From positions 973 to 64,972 of the forward strand of contig JBBWZO010000350.1 of assembly GCA_039649125.1 (NCBI GenBank): DNA of 64,000 bases, given 5' to 3'. The notes under the pieces are model-generated. The model was not told the DNA's origin, did no database searches, and was given only the letters and a program-made list of their open reading frames with translations. Shown here one piece after another: positions 42,453 through 54,933 of the stretch (the stretch's first letter is position 1; every line of letters starts with the position of its first letter). The DNA is from Massilia sp. GTDB taxonomy: Bacteria > Pseudomonadota > Gammaproteobacteria > Burkholderiales > Burkholderiaceae_D. Position numbers and translations under genes: made by a program.

Positions 42453-42827
42453 TTGAACTGGCTGGCGGTAGGTGTCGGCGCGGCGCTCGGCGCCTGGCTG
42501 CGCTGGGGACTGGGCCTGTGGCTGGGCTCGATGCATGCCCACGTGCAGGCCGGCACGCTGGCGGCGAACCTGATCGGCGGCTATCTGATCGGCATCGCGC
42601 TGGGCTTCTTTTCGGGACACCCGCACATCGCTCCCGAATGGCGCCTGTTCATCGTCACGGGTTTCCTCGGCGGCCTGACGACCTTCTCCAGCTTTTCCGG
42701 CGAGTCGGTGGCGCTGCTGCAACGCGGCGACTACGGCTGGGCGCTGGCGCACACGCTGCTGCACCTGCTCGGGTCGATCGTCCTGTGCATTGCCGGGTTC
42801 GCGACCTGGCGCGCACTGCGCGGCTAA
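42453..42827 (+). CDS. crcB: Fluoride channel Fluc/CrcB
   Basis: GAALGAWLR, GTLAANLIG, TGFLGGLTTFSSF; TTG start after GAGGA. Confidence 0.95.
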   Translation: MNWLAVGVGAALGAWLRWGLGLWLGSMHAHVQAGTLAANLIGGYLIGIALGFFSGHPHIAPEWRLFIVTGFLGGLTTFSSFSGESVALLQRGDYGWALAHTLLHLLGSIVLCIAGFATWRALRG

Positions 42828-42828
42828 C

Positions 42829-42942
42829 AGCGCCTGACAAAACCTCCATCGCTGCGTTGCAGCGTCTCGCCGTACAGTCGTACTGTCTTCGACACCGCGT
42901 CGGGTGACCGCATCCCTTGCCCTGCAGGTTTTGTCAGGCGCT
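42829..42942. mobile_element. Miniature inverted-repeat element C
   Basis: Perfect 17-bp IR AGCGCCTGACAAAACCT / AGGTTTTGTCAGGCGCT; core shared with B and D. Confidence 0.75.
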
Positions 42943-43049
42943 CTATACTTAGCCCGGCGGTATCGCCGGGCGATACTCCTGTCGTCGCGCAACGGTGCGC
43001 TCCGCCGCGGTGCTAAGCTTGCCGCGGGACAACTAATTGGAGCCTGGAC

Positions 43050-43484
43050 ATGACTACCGTTCAAAAACCGACCACCGCCTTCGTCGGCGCCTCCTGGGGC
43101 GCACTGCTGATCGGCGCCTGCGCCTACCTGCTCGGATTGTGGAATGCCGAGATGCAACTCAACGAAAAAGGCTATTACCTGACGCTGCTGCTGTACGGCC
43201 TGTTCGCCGCGATCTCCCTGCAAAAATCGGTGCGCGACCGCAGCGAAGGGCTGGCGGTGACGGGCCTGTACTACGGGCTGTGCTGGATTTCGCTGTGTAC
43301 CGTCATCCTGCTGCTGACGGTCGGCTTGTGGAACGCCACGCTGGCGCCAAGCGAAAAAGGGTTTTATGCGATGTCCTTCGTGCTGAGCCTGTTCGCGGTG
43401 GTGGCGGTCCAGAAGAACGTTCGCGACCTGGGGGCGGGTCGGCCTGCGGTCCTCGCGACGGCATCCGAATCGCCGTCGCTGTAA
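43050..43484 (+). CDS. yiaA: Inner membrane protein YiaA
   Basis: KPT.AF, GLWNA...EKG(Y/F)Y...QK.VRD unit repeated twice. Confidence 0.93.
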   Translation: MTTVQKPTTAFVGASWGALLIGACAYLLGLWNAEMQLNEKGYYLTLLLYGLFAAISLQKSVRDRSEGLAVTGLYYGLCWISLCTVILLLTVGLWNATLAPSEKGFYAMSFVLSLFAVVAVQKNVRDLGAGRPAVLATASESPSL

Positions 43485-43516
43485 ACAACAAGAAAGAAGC
43501 GCGAAGCGCAACACAA

Positions 43517-43545
43517 GAAAGAGGCGGCCGAGGGCCGCCTCTTTC
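43517..43545. terminator. Hairpin terminator after yiaA
   Basis: GAAAGAGGCGGC...GCCGCCTCTTTC inverted repeat between convergent units. Confidence 0.7.
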
Positions 43546-43574
43546 CGTTCCTGGGGCACCCTCAGCGGGCCAGC

Positions 43575-43740
43575 GCCTCCGAACAGCAGGCCGGCGCCCA
43601 GGTAGAGCACCGACAGCGTCAGGCTTTCCCGGACGCCGATGAGGTGGTCACGGCGGTTCAGGAGGCCGAGGTCGAATGCCAGCAGGAGCACTACGACGGC
43701 CAGGAAGAGCAGTCACATCCAGGCCGGCGCCGAGCCAGGC
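43575..43740 (-). pseudogene. TerC/Alx-family membrane protein remnant (N-terminus only)
   Basis: PAWM*LLFLAVVVLLLAFDLGLLNRRDHLIGVRESLTLSVLYLGAGLLFG; in-frame TGA at 43713-43715, similarity ends after LFG. Confidence 0.78.
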
Positions 43741-43761
43741 GGCGTGCCGGACGTCCGTGGA

Positions 43762-44190
43762 TCAGATGCTCCGCAAGGCCTCGCCGTCCGCCGCGGAGAC
43801 CGAATCGGGCGTCGACCAGATCCGCAGTGCGCGCTGCAGCAGCAGGTGTTCGCGGCTGTCGATCAGGCGGTCGGCATGGACGATGTCGAGCATGGCCTTC
43901 AGCGTGCACATGCGTAAGAGCGGGTCGGCGACCTCGCCCAGCAGGGCATCGATCGTATGGCGGTCGAGTTCGACCTCGGCGCTGTCCACACGCATGGCGC
44001 CCGCCAGCATGTCCTCGCACAAGGCCTGCACGACAGCGTCGAAGGTATCGGCGTCGGCGCCGACCCGTTCCAGGATCGCGCTGTGGTGCATCGCCTTCAG
44101 TTCCGAGGGCGCCATGTGGCCGTCGACGATCATCGACAGAGCCAGCAGGCGGCAGACGGCTTCGTGGCTATCGTTAGGGTAGGTGCGCAT
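43762..44190 (-). CDS. TerB-like protein
   Basis: MRTYP.DS..A..RLLAL.MIVDG....E and ADRLIDSRE paired acidic motifs. Confidence 0.8.
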   Translation of the reverse strand: MRTYPNDSHEAVCRLLALSMIVDGHMAPSELKAMHHSAILERVGADADTFDAVVQALCEDMLAGAMRVDSAEVELDRHTIDALLGEVADPLLRMCTLKAMLDIVHADRLIDSREHLLLQRALRIWSTPDSVSAADGEALRSI

Positions 44191-44301
44191 GGTGAATCCT
44201 TTCATGGGTGGTGTTGATGTGCTGCATCTTAAAGGGGCGGACGCTAAAAGAAAAATCGATTAATCTTTCGTGATTCTCAATTTTTCTGGAGCTGTTGTGC
44301 G

Positions 44302-44659
44302 ATGAACTACAAGCACCTGCAGTACTTCCATCCGGTGGCGACCAGCGGCTCGATCGCGCGCGCCGCCCAGGAATTGCATGTCACGGCCCAGGCCATCAGT
44401 ACCCAGCTGGCGCCCGATCGTCGTCGGCGAGTTCGACGACGGCGCCCTGCTGAAAGCCTTTGCGCGCGCCAGTACGGGCTTCATCGTAGTGCCGACCGCG
44501 GTGGCCGCCGCCGCCGCCGCGGAGCACGGACTGGAGGCGGTCGGCGTGACCGCGTCGATCGCCGAGCAGTTCCATGCGGTGACCGTCGAGCGCCAGCTCG
44601 ACCATCCGGCCGTCAAGCGCATCCTGCAGGGGGCGGGCGACGTGTTCGCGGGCGCCTGA
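44302..44659 (+). pseudogene. nhaR: NhaR-like LysR regulator pseudogene (internal deletion with frameshift)
   Basis: MNYKHLQYF..ATSGSIARAA..LHVT.QAISTQL HTH joined out of frame at about 44410 to VVGEFDDGALLKAF...HPAV C-terminus. Confidence 0.85.
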
Positions 44660-44713
44660 GCGTACCGCACCGGCGTCCGGCGTAGGAGAAGGCTTACCGC
44701 GCCATGGGCCGAT

Positions 44714-44741
44714 CTTGAAATGTGACCCTCCATCCCAATCT
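44714..44741 (+). promoter_or_regulatory. Sigma32 (RpoH) promoter of clpB
   Basis: CTTGAAA-N13-CCCAATCT, close to consensus CTTGAAA / CCCCATNT. Confidence 0.7.
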
Positions 44742-44781
44742 TGTCTCTCAGTTAAGAACACTCACCTTTGGGGGCAAGAGT

Positions 44782-47397
<2,616 letters not shown>

Positions 47398-47440
47398 GCC
47401 GGCGCAGTCAGCCGGTGCAGTCGGCTGCTTGCATCGACAA

Positions 47441-47468
47441 GAAAGGGCGCAGCGATGCGCCCTTTTTT
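47441..47468 (+). terminator. Intrinsic terminator after clpB
   Basis: AAAGGGCGCA-gcga-TGCGCCC followed by T6. Confidence 0.85.
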
Positions 47469-47566
47469 CGCCCCTGCTGCGCGCCCATGCAATTACCACT
47501 TCAGGACAATTTCCAGATGGCACTCTCGTAGACTTTATGCTTCGTCAATATATTTGGGGCACCCGC

Positions 47567-47850
47567 ATGGCGAGAATTGAACGGCGCAACGTCATACTCG
47601 AGAAAATCATCGACCGGGGCTCGATGGCGAGAATGGCTCGATCGTGGCGTGGGTCTACCTCCGGCGGCACGGCGTGGCGCCCGAGACCATCCTGCGGGTG
47701 CTGGCGATGCCAGGCCGACGTCGCGGTGCCGCAAAGTCTGGTACAACAGCACAGTTAGCCAGGGTTGCCGTAGAGGAGCCGGCGCCGCCGTTCCCATCCG
47801 CCGAAGGACCATCCGGGCCGGCCATGCCTGGACAACCGCCCGGCGCATGA
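47567..47850 (+). pseudogene. Possible frameshifted small protein gene
   Basis: MARIERRNVILEKIIDRG in one frame continues plausibly as GSIVAWVYLRRHGVAPETILRVL in another. Confidence 0.35.
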
Positions 47851-47928
47851 TGCCCGGCGCCGCCGGGGACTGCTGGGCGCCATTCCGTACCCCAACTTTT
47901 ACCATTTGCAGCGTTCGGCGCTTTCCGC

Positions 47929-49680
47929 GTGGCCCATCTTCTCTCCGTCCTGTTCCTGTTCCTCCGACGTAAGCTGTTGCTGTTCGCGTCCATCGTCCTC
48001 GTGCTCGTGCTGGCGCCCTGGATCGGGCGCGAATGGCGCAATATCCAGCGTATCGCCGACGAGGTCCCGGCACTGCAGCGGGCACTCGAGGACGTGGGCG
48101 CGCGCCAGGCCGCGCGGGCGGACGAGCTGGCGCGCCGGCTGGGGCAGCTGTCGGGCGCACCGCTGCGCAGGCTGGATGCGGAAATCCTGGCCCTCGACAC
48201 GGAGATCGGCCGCCTGCAGCGGGAGCAGCAGCGGGAGCCGGGAGCGATCCTGGCCGATGCCGTCACGGGCAGCGGTTCGGTGGCGGCACGGCTGCGCGAA
48301 TCGGCCCTGCGCGGGGTCGAGATCGAACTGCGGCGCCAGGCGCGCGAACACCTGCTGGTCTTGCGCGCGCATGCCCTCGTGCTGGGCGACCGGCAGGCGG
48401 CGCTGGCGAAAGCCGGGCAGCTGCGGCTGGCGCACGTGAACGCGTATGCGGCCTGGCTGCGCGCACACAGGCAGCGGGTGCAGTTCCAGGACCAGGCGGG
48501 ATGGTTCGCCAGGCTTCGCCTGACCCCGTCCTATGCCCAACTGGAAACACTGCGGAAGGTGGAAAGCGATCTCCTGGCCGCGAACAACCGGGCGCACCGG
48601 GCTTTCCAGGCGCAGCAGGCCTTGCTCACGCGGCTGTCGGTCCCGGCCGCGCCGGCGGCGTTCCGCGTCGACGAACGGCGCCTCGCCCAGGCCAGCGCGG
48701 CGCTGCGCGAGCGGCTCCTGCAGGCCGAGCGCCTGGCGGCGCAGAACCTGCTGTGGCAGGGCTACCTGGCCGTGCGTCCGGTGCTGCCCGTCGCGCTGGG
48801 CGTGCTGCTCGGATGGTGGCTGGTGCCGGCGGCGATCCGTACCGTCTTCTATTTCGTGCTGGCGCCGCAGGCCGCACGCCGGCCGCCGGTCGTGATCGGC
48901 CAGGCGGATGGTAGCGATCCTGTCGTGTCGACCCGGCAGCCGGGCCGCGACGGCGCGCGCATCTCGGCCCGCACGTCGGCGCGCATCTCAGCCGTATCGC
49001 AGCGGGTGACGCTGGCGCCCGGCCAGGAGATGCTCATCCGTCCGGACTACTGCCAGAGCCAGCCCGCAGGCGCCAGCGTCGCGACCAGGCTGCTGTTCGA
49101 CTGGCGCCACCCGCTCACCAGCATCGCCGCGCACCTGTGGATGCTGAAACGGCTGCGCACCAGGCAGGAGGCGGAAATCGTGGTGTCGTCCACCGCCGAC
49201 CCGCTCGACGAAGTCGCCCTGGTCGAGATCGCGCCCGGCGAGGCGCTCGTGCTGCAGCCGCGCGGCCTGGTGGGCGTCCTGTACGAAGCAGGGCGTCCGC
49301 CAACGATCCGCAGTCACTGGCGCCTCGGCACCCTGCACGCGTGGCTGACGCTGCAACTGCGTTACCTGGCCTTCGAAGGGCCGGCGACGCTGATCGTAAA
49401 AGGCTGCCGCGGCGTGCGGCTGGAAGGCGCCGCGGCCGGCCGCACCATCAGCCAGGAGGCGACCCTGGGTTTCAGCGCCAACGCCCGCTACGCCACCGTC
49501 CGCGCCGAACCCTTCCTGCCCTACCTGCGCGGCGTGCAGCCGCTGTTCCACGACACATTCGACGGGCAGAACGCCTGGTACCTGTACGAGGAAGTGCCGC
49601 GTAATGCGCGTGCCAACCGGCACAGGTCCAATCCGCTGGAACTGCTGGTGGATGCCGGCCTGAAGGCCTTCGGCATCTAG
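47929..49680 (+). CDS. Membrane protein with coiled coil and AIM24-like C-terminal domain
   Basis: TM - long helical region - TM, then beta-rich repeats (VTLAPGQEMLI, VEIAPGEALVLQP, FEGPATLIVKG). Confidence 0.7.
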   Translation: MAHLLSVLFLFLRRKLLLFASIVLVLVLAPWIGREWRNIQRIADEVPALQRALEDVGARQAARADELARRLGQLSGAPLRRLDAEILALDTEIGRLQREQQREPGAILADAVTGSGSVAARLRESALRGVEIELRRQAREHLLVLRAHALVLGDRQAALAKAGQLRLAHVNAYAAWLRAHRQRVQFQDQAGWFARLRLTPSYAQLETLRKVESDLLAANNRAHRAFQAQQALLTRLSVPAAPAAFRVDERRLAQASAALRERLLQAERLAAQNLLWQGYLAVRPVLPVALGVLLGWWLVPAAIRTVFYFVLAPQAARRPPVVIGQADGSDPVVSTRQPGRDGARISARTSARISAVSQRVTLAPGQEMLIRPDYCQSQPAGASVATRLLFDWRHPLTSIAAHLWMLKRLRTRQEAEIVVSSTADPLDEVALVEIAPGEALVLQPRGLVGVLYEAGRPPTIRSHWRLGTLHAWLTLQLRYLAFEGPATLIVKGCRGVRLEGAAAGRTISQEATLGFSANARYATVRAEPFLPYLRGVQPLFHDTFDGQNAWYLYEEVPRNARANRHRSNPLELLVDAGLKAFGI

Positions 49681-49688
49681 ATAAACAG

Positions 49689-49738
49689 GAGCGCCCGACA
49701 AAACCCCGGCAGCTGCGTTCCAGCGTCTCGCCGTACAG
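49689..49738. mobile_element. Truncated miniature inverted-repeat element D (left half)
   Basis: GAGCGCCCGACAAAACC...GCTGCGTTCCAGCGTCTCGCCGTACAG matches the left end of element C; no right IR seen. Confidence 0.65.
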
Positions 49739-49846
49739 GCACCAGCGCGCCTCGGCCGGGCCGAACGCATGGCGTTGCAGCGCTGCGCCCAACTTTTTCC
49801 TGCTGTCGTATCTTGTTTCCTCGGCAGGTTCGACCAGGGAGCGAGG

Positions 49847-50848
49847 ATGAAAACAGCAGTGTTCAGTACGCGCCGGTATGACAGGGCGATGCTGGGGCGC
49901 GCCAAGGGCGCGGATGGCCAAAGCCACGAACTTCGGTTTTTCGACGACCGCCTGACCGCGGCCACCGCAACGCTGGCCGCGGAATGCGAGGCGGTCTGCG
50001 TCTTCGTCAACGACAGCGTCGACGCCGAGGTCGTAGCGATCCTGGCCGGGCAGGGAACGCGCCTGATCGCCACCCGTTCAACCGGCTATAACCACATCGA
50101 CATGGCGGCGGCCGACCGGCACGGAATCGCCGTCGTCAGGGTGACCGATTATTCGCCGTATTCCGTGGCCGAGTTCGCGGTCGGCCTGCTGCTTGCAGTA
50201 AACAGGAAAATCGCCCGCGCCAGCGCCCGCACCCGCGACGGCAATTTCGACCTGGATGGCCTGATGGGCTTCGACCTGCACGGCAAGACGGTCGGGGTCA
50301 TCGGCACCGGCAAGATCGGCGTGATCTTCGCCCGGATCATGGCCGGTTTCGGCTGCACCATCGTCGGCCATGATCCGTACGGGAATCCGGCTTTCGAGGC
50401 GCTCGGCGCGCGCTACGTGCCGGTGGAGGAGCTGCTGGCGTGCAGCGATGTCGTGTCCCTGCACTGCCCGCTGACCGAGCAGACCGCGCACATCGTTAAC
50501 GCGGAAACCCTGGCCCATGCCAAGCGCGGCAGCATCCTGGTCAATACCAGCCGCGGCGGCCTGATCGATACCGAGGCGGCCGTCGAAGCGCTGAAAACCG
50601 GGCAGCTGGGCGGACTGGCCATCGATGTGTACGAGCAGGAAGCCAACCTGTTCTTCCAGGATCTGTCGTCCACCATCATCTGCGACGACATTATCCAGCG
50701 GCTCGTTTCCTTTCCGAATGTGATCGTCACCGGTCACCAGGCATTTTTCACGGTCGAAGCCATCGGCCAGATCATGCAGACGACGATCGACAGCATCTCC
50801 GCCTTCGAGCGCGGAGAGGAGCTCGTCAATCGCGTGCCGCACGCATAG
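49847..50848 (+). CDS. ldhA: D-lactate dehydrogenase (D-2-hydroxyacid dehydrogenase family)
   Basis: CVFVND, YSPYSVAE, GTGKIG, SLHCPL, NTSRG, DVYEQE, TGHQAF. Confidence 0.88.
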   Translation: MKTAVFSTRRYDRAMLGRAKGADGQSHELRFFDDRLTAATATLAAECEAVCVFVNDSVDAEVVAILAGQGTRLIATRSTGYNHIDMAAADRHGIAVVRVTDYSPYSVAEFAVGLLLAVNRKIARASARTRDGNFDLDGLMGFDLHGKTVGVIGTGKIGVIFARIMAGFGCTIVGHDPYGNPAFEALGARYVPVEELLACSDVVSLHCPLTEQTAHIVNAETLAHAKRGSILVNTSRGGLIDTEAAVEALKTGQLGGLAIDVYEQEANLFFQDLSSTIICDDIIQRLVSFPNVIVTGHQAFFTVEAIGQIMQTTIDSISAFERGEELVNRVPHA

Positions 50849-50965
50849 GAGCCGGTCCGGGGACGCGGGACCTCCTCGGCAGTCGTCAGGGGCGTCAGCA
50901 GCCGTCAGCAGGATCGCGCGCTTTTGACTACACTGGTTGCTTTGGCATTCAGACGGTCAGCAACA

Positions 50966-52174
50966 ATGAGTACAACAAACCTGCGCCAGGATGCGCGCGT
51001 GATCGGCCTGGTCGGCGTCTCGCACGGCGTCTCCCACTTCTTCCACCTGATCCTGGCCGGCCTTTTCCCCTGGCTGAAGACCGCCTTCGCGCTGTCCTAT
51101 GCCGAGCTGGGCCTCCTGATGACCGTGTTTTTCGTGGTGTCCGGCGTCGGCCAGGCCTTGTCCGGCTTCATCGTCGACCGCGTCGGCGCCCGCCGCGTGC
51201 TGTTTTCCGGGCACGCGCTGCTGGCCACGGCCAGCCTGGTGCTGGCGGCGGCCCCAAACTATGCGACGCTGATGGCCGGCTCGCTGCTGGCCGGCTGCGG
51301 CAACGCCGTGTTCCATCCCGCCGGCTATACGCTGCTGAACCAGAACGTCTCGAAGGAGCGCCTGCCGCACGCGTTCTCGGTGCACGGGATTTCCGGCAGC
51401 GTCGGCTGGGCGGCGGCGCCGCTGTTCCTGGCCGGTGTCGCCACGTTCTCGACCTGGCGCATGGCACTGCTGTCGGCGGCCGCGATCCCGTTCCTGATGC
51501 TCACCATCCTGGTCTTGAACCGCAAGGTGCTGGCGGTGCGCGCCGCGCCGCAGCCGCCAGGGGCCGCTGCCGCCGACGGTTCGTTCAGCTTCCTGCGCCT
51601 GCCGCAGGTCTGGCTGTGCTTCGGCTTCTTCTTCCTGACCTCGGTGGCGCTGGGCGGCATCCAGGCGTTCTCGTCCACCAGCCTGACTTCGCTGTACGGC
51701 ATTTCGCTGGCAACGGCGGCGACCGCCTACACGACGTTCATGCTGTCGTCGGCGGGGGGCATGGTGGCCGGCGGCTTCCTCGCCGCCCGTGCGCACAACC
51801 ACGGGCGGACCATCGCGCTGGCCTTCCTGTTCGCGGCCGGCCTGGCGCTGCTGCTGTCCGCGTCCATCGTGCCGGGCCCGATGGTTGTGCTGGTGATGGG
51901 GGCGATCGGCTTTGCCACCGGCATCGCCGCGCCCTCGCGCGACCTCCTGATCCGCGCCGCCGCACCCGCGAATGCGAGCGGGCGCGTGTTCGGTGTCGTG
52001 TACTCGGGCCTGGACAGCGGCATGGCGGTCGGCCCGCTGCTGTTCGGCACGCTGATGGACGACGGTCATCCGGCCGCGCTCTTCATCGGCGTGGCGCTGT
52101 TCCAGACGCTGGCGATTTCCACCGCGCTCGGCGCCGGCAACAACGCGCGCGCCCCGGTGCCGCATAAAGCTTGA
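50966..52174 (+). CDS. MFS transporter (Fsr-like)
   Basis: About 12 TM segments; GFIVDRVGARR motif A; GNAVFHP. Confidence 0.9.
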   Translation: MSTTNLRQDARVIGLVGVSHGVSHFFHLILAGLFPWLKTAFALSYAELGLLMTVFFVVSGVGQALSGFIVDRVGARRVLFSGHALLATASLVLAAAPNYATLMAGSLLAGCGNAVFHPAGYTLLNQNVSKERLPHAFSVHGISGSVGWAAAPLFLAGVATFSTWRMALLSAAAIPFLMLTILVLNRKVLAVRAAPQPPGAAAADGSFSFLRLPQVWLCFGFFFLTSVALGGIQAFSSTSLTSLYGISLATAATAYTTFMLSSAGGMVAGGFLAARAHNHGRTIALAFLFAAGLALLLSASIVPGPMVVLVMGAIGFATGIAAPSRDLLIRAAAPANASGRVFGVVYSGLDSGMAVGPLLFGTLMDDGHPAALFIGVALFQTLAISTALGAGNNARAPVPHKA

Positions 52175-52216
52175 GGCAGGGGGCCTGAGGGCAGGGACGT
52201 CGGATAATAAAAAAAA

Positions 52217-52256
52217 GCTAAAAACGCGTGGACCGCAAGGTCCACGCGTTTTTAGC
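52217..52256. terminator. Bidirectional terminator
   Basis: GCTAAAAACGCGTGGACC-gcaa-GGTCCACGCGTTTTTAGC perfect hairpin between convergent genes. Confidence 0.9.
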
Positions 52257-52264
52257 ATCCGCGC

Positions 52265-52999
52265 TCAGCGGCGCTTGCGCAGCGCGACGCCCAGCAGCCC
52301 GGGGCCGGCCAGCGTCAATGCGATGGTGCCCGGCTCGGGGACCTCGTTCGAGTCCGGCAAGATGACGGGTGTCGGCTCCTTGAGCGGATCGGTGACCGGC
52401 GGCAGCGGCTCGCCTTCCGGCGGCGGGATCACGACCGGCGGCGGATTGGTCACCGCCGGCGGCGTCACCGGTCCCGGCACGACGACGGTCGAGGCGAGGA
52501 TGTCCTGCGACAGCAGGTCGCCGATCTTCCGGTTCGAGCTGTTGTTGAGGAAGTTCACCTTCAGGTGAGGCTCGCTCAGGTCGGGTTTCCCCGTGAAGGT
52601 GAAGGTGAACACCATGTCGTCGCCCAGCAGGCTCGGCGTGCCCGACAGGCACAGCTCCCTGTTCCCGGCCTTATTGCCGTTGCCGCCGCTGCAGCCATGG
52701 GCGTTCAGCTCGCGCGCATTCAGGGTCCACGACTCGACGCCCTTCGGCGCGGCGCTCACGGCCACGCTGTCGAACCTGCCGATTTCCTTGATGCTCAGGG
52801 CGCCCAGCCTGGTGGCGCCGGTCCAGTCGCCGCCGGCCCTGGCGGCGTCGATTTCCAGCGTCACTACCTTGTCGGTCCAGCTGGCAGTGAAGACCACGTC
52901 CTGCCAGGTCAGGACGCCGGCGTGGGCCGACGTCAGTCCGGCGCTGGCGGCCAATGCGGTGGCCAATGCGGTGGCCAGGGTGCGAAAAGTCGTTTTCAA
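52265..52999 (-). CDS. PEP-CTERM sorting domain protein
   Basis: Signal peptide (SAHA), Pro-rich linker, VPEPGT - TM - RKRR C-terminus; TTG start. Confidence 0.92.
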   Translation of the reverse strand: MKTTFRTLATALATALAASAGLTSAHAGVLTWQDVVFTASWTDKVVTLEIDAARAGGDWTGATRLGALSIKEIGRFDSVAVSAAPKGVESWTLNARELNAHGCSGGNGNKAGNRELCLSGTPSLLGDDMVFTFTFTGKPDLSEPHLKVNFLNNSSNRKIGDLLSQDILASTVVVPGPVTPPAVTNPPPVVIPPPEGEPLPPVTDPLKEPTPVILPDSNEVPEPGTIALTLAGPGLLGVALRKRR

Positions 53000-53338
53000 G
53001 TCATTTCCGCTGGTGTGCGGTGGTCATGCCTCGCTTTGTTTTTGTAAAGACGTCAACCGGATGCTGCCGCCCTCAATGGTTTAAGTCAATAAATTGTTCA
53101 ATAAGGAAAGAATAAAAGACGATATACAAGGTTTTGCAACATCGCCGAGTGAACAAGACAAGAATCGATATTTGGTCAAGTCATCGATTATTTCATGATG
53201 TGAAAACCGGCTTTCATGTCGTGGTATGCCGCAGCATGAAAGGTCGCCATCCGGTTCCCATTCTGAGAAATTTCATTGCGCATCATGGAATTCGGTGGCT
53301 AATACGTTGTTTTTAAACGAAATAAAAATAATGAGATG

Positions 53339-53350
53339 TCTTATATAAGA
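53339..53350. promoter_or_regulatory. Palindromic operator upstream of aceA
   Basis: TCTTATATAAGA perfect palindrome, of the kind I recall upstream of TCA-cycle genes in Burkholderiales. Confidence 0.65.
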
Positions 53351-53436
53351 GTGATTGTGCTCTGCACAACCTGGTCTATGATTTGTCTAACGGATTTCAT
53401 TTCGCAACTCGGCTATATCATCATCAGGAGAATCAA

Positions 53437-54735
<1,299 letters not shown>

Positions 54736-54788
54736 GCATGTAAGTGTTCGCAGCCATTCGGCAACCCGGGGCGAACCGGGCTGCAACC

Positions 54789-54825
54789 AAGCCGCAGCGG
54801 CCTAGCCCTGCGGCTTTTTTCTTTT
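54789..54825 (+). terminator. Intrinsic terminator after aceA
   Basis: AAGCCGCAG...CTGCGGCTT followed by T tract. Confidence 0.75.
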
Positions 54826-54933
54826 GCGTTGCGATTAATTTCGGCCGCACGCGGATGTAGTGGATAATGTCGACAATTACGCCGCCCGCCCGGCGGCATC
54901 TGCATCGATCTTCTTTTATTTGGAACTCCCCCT

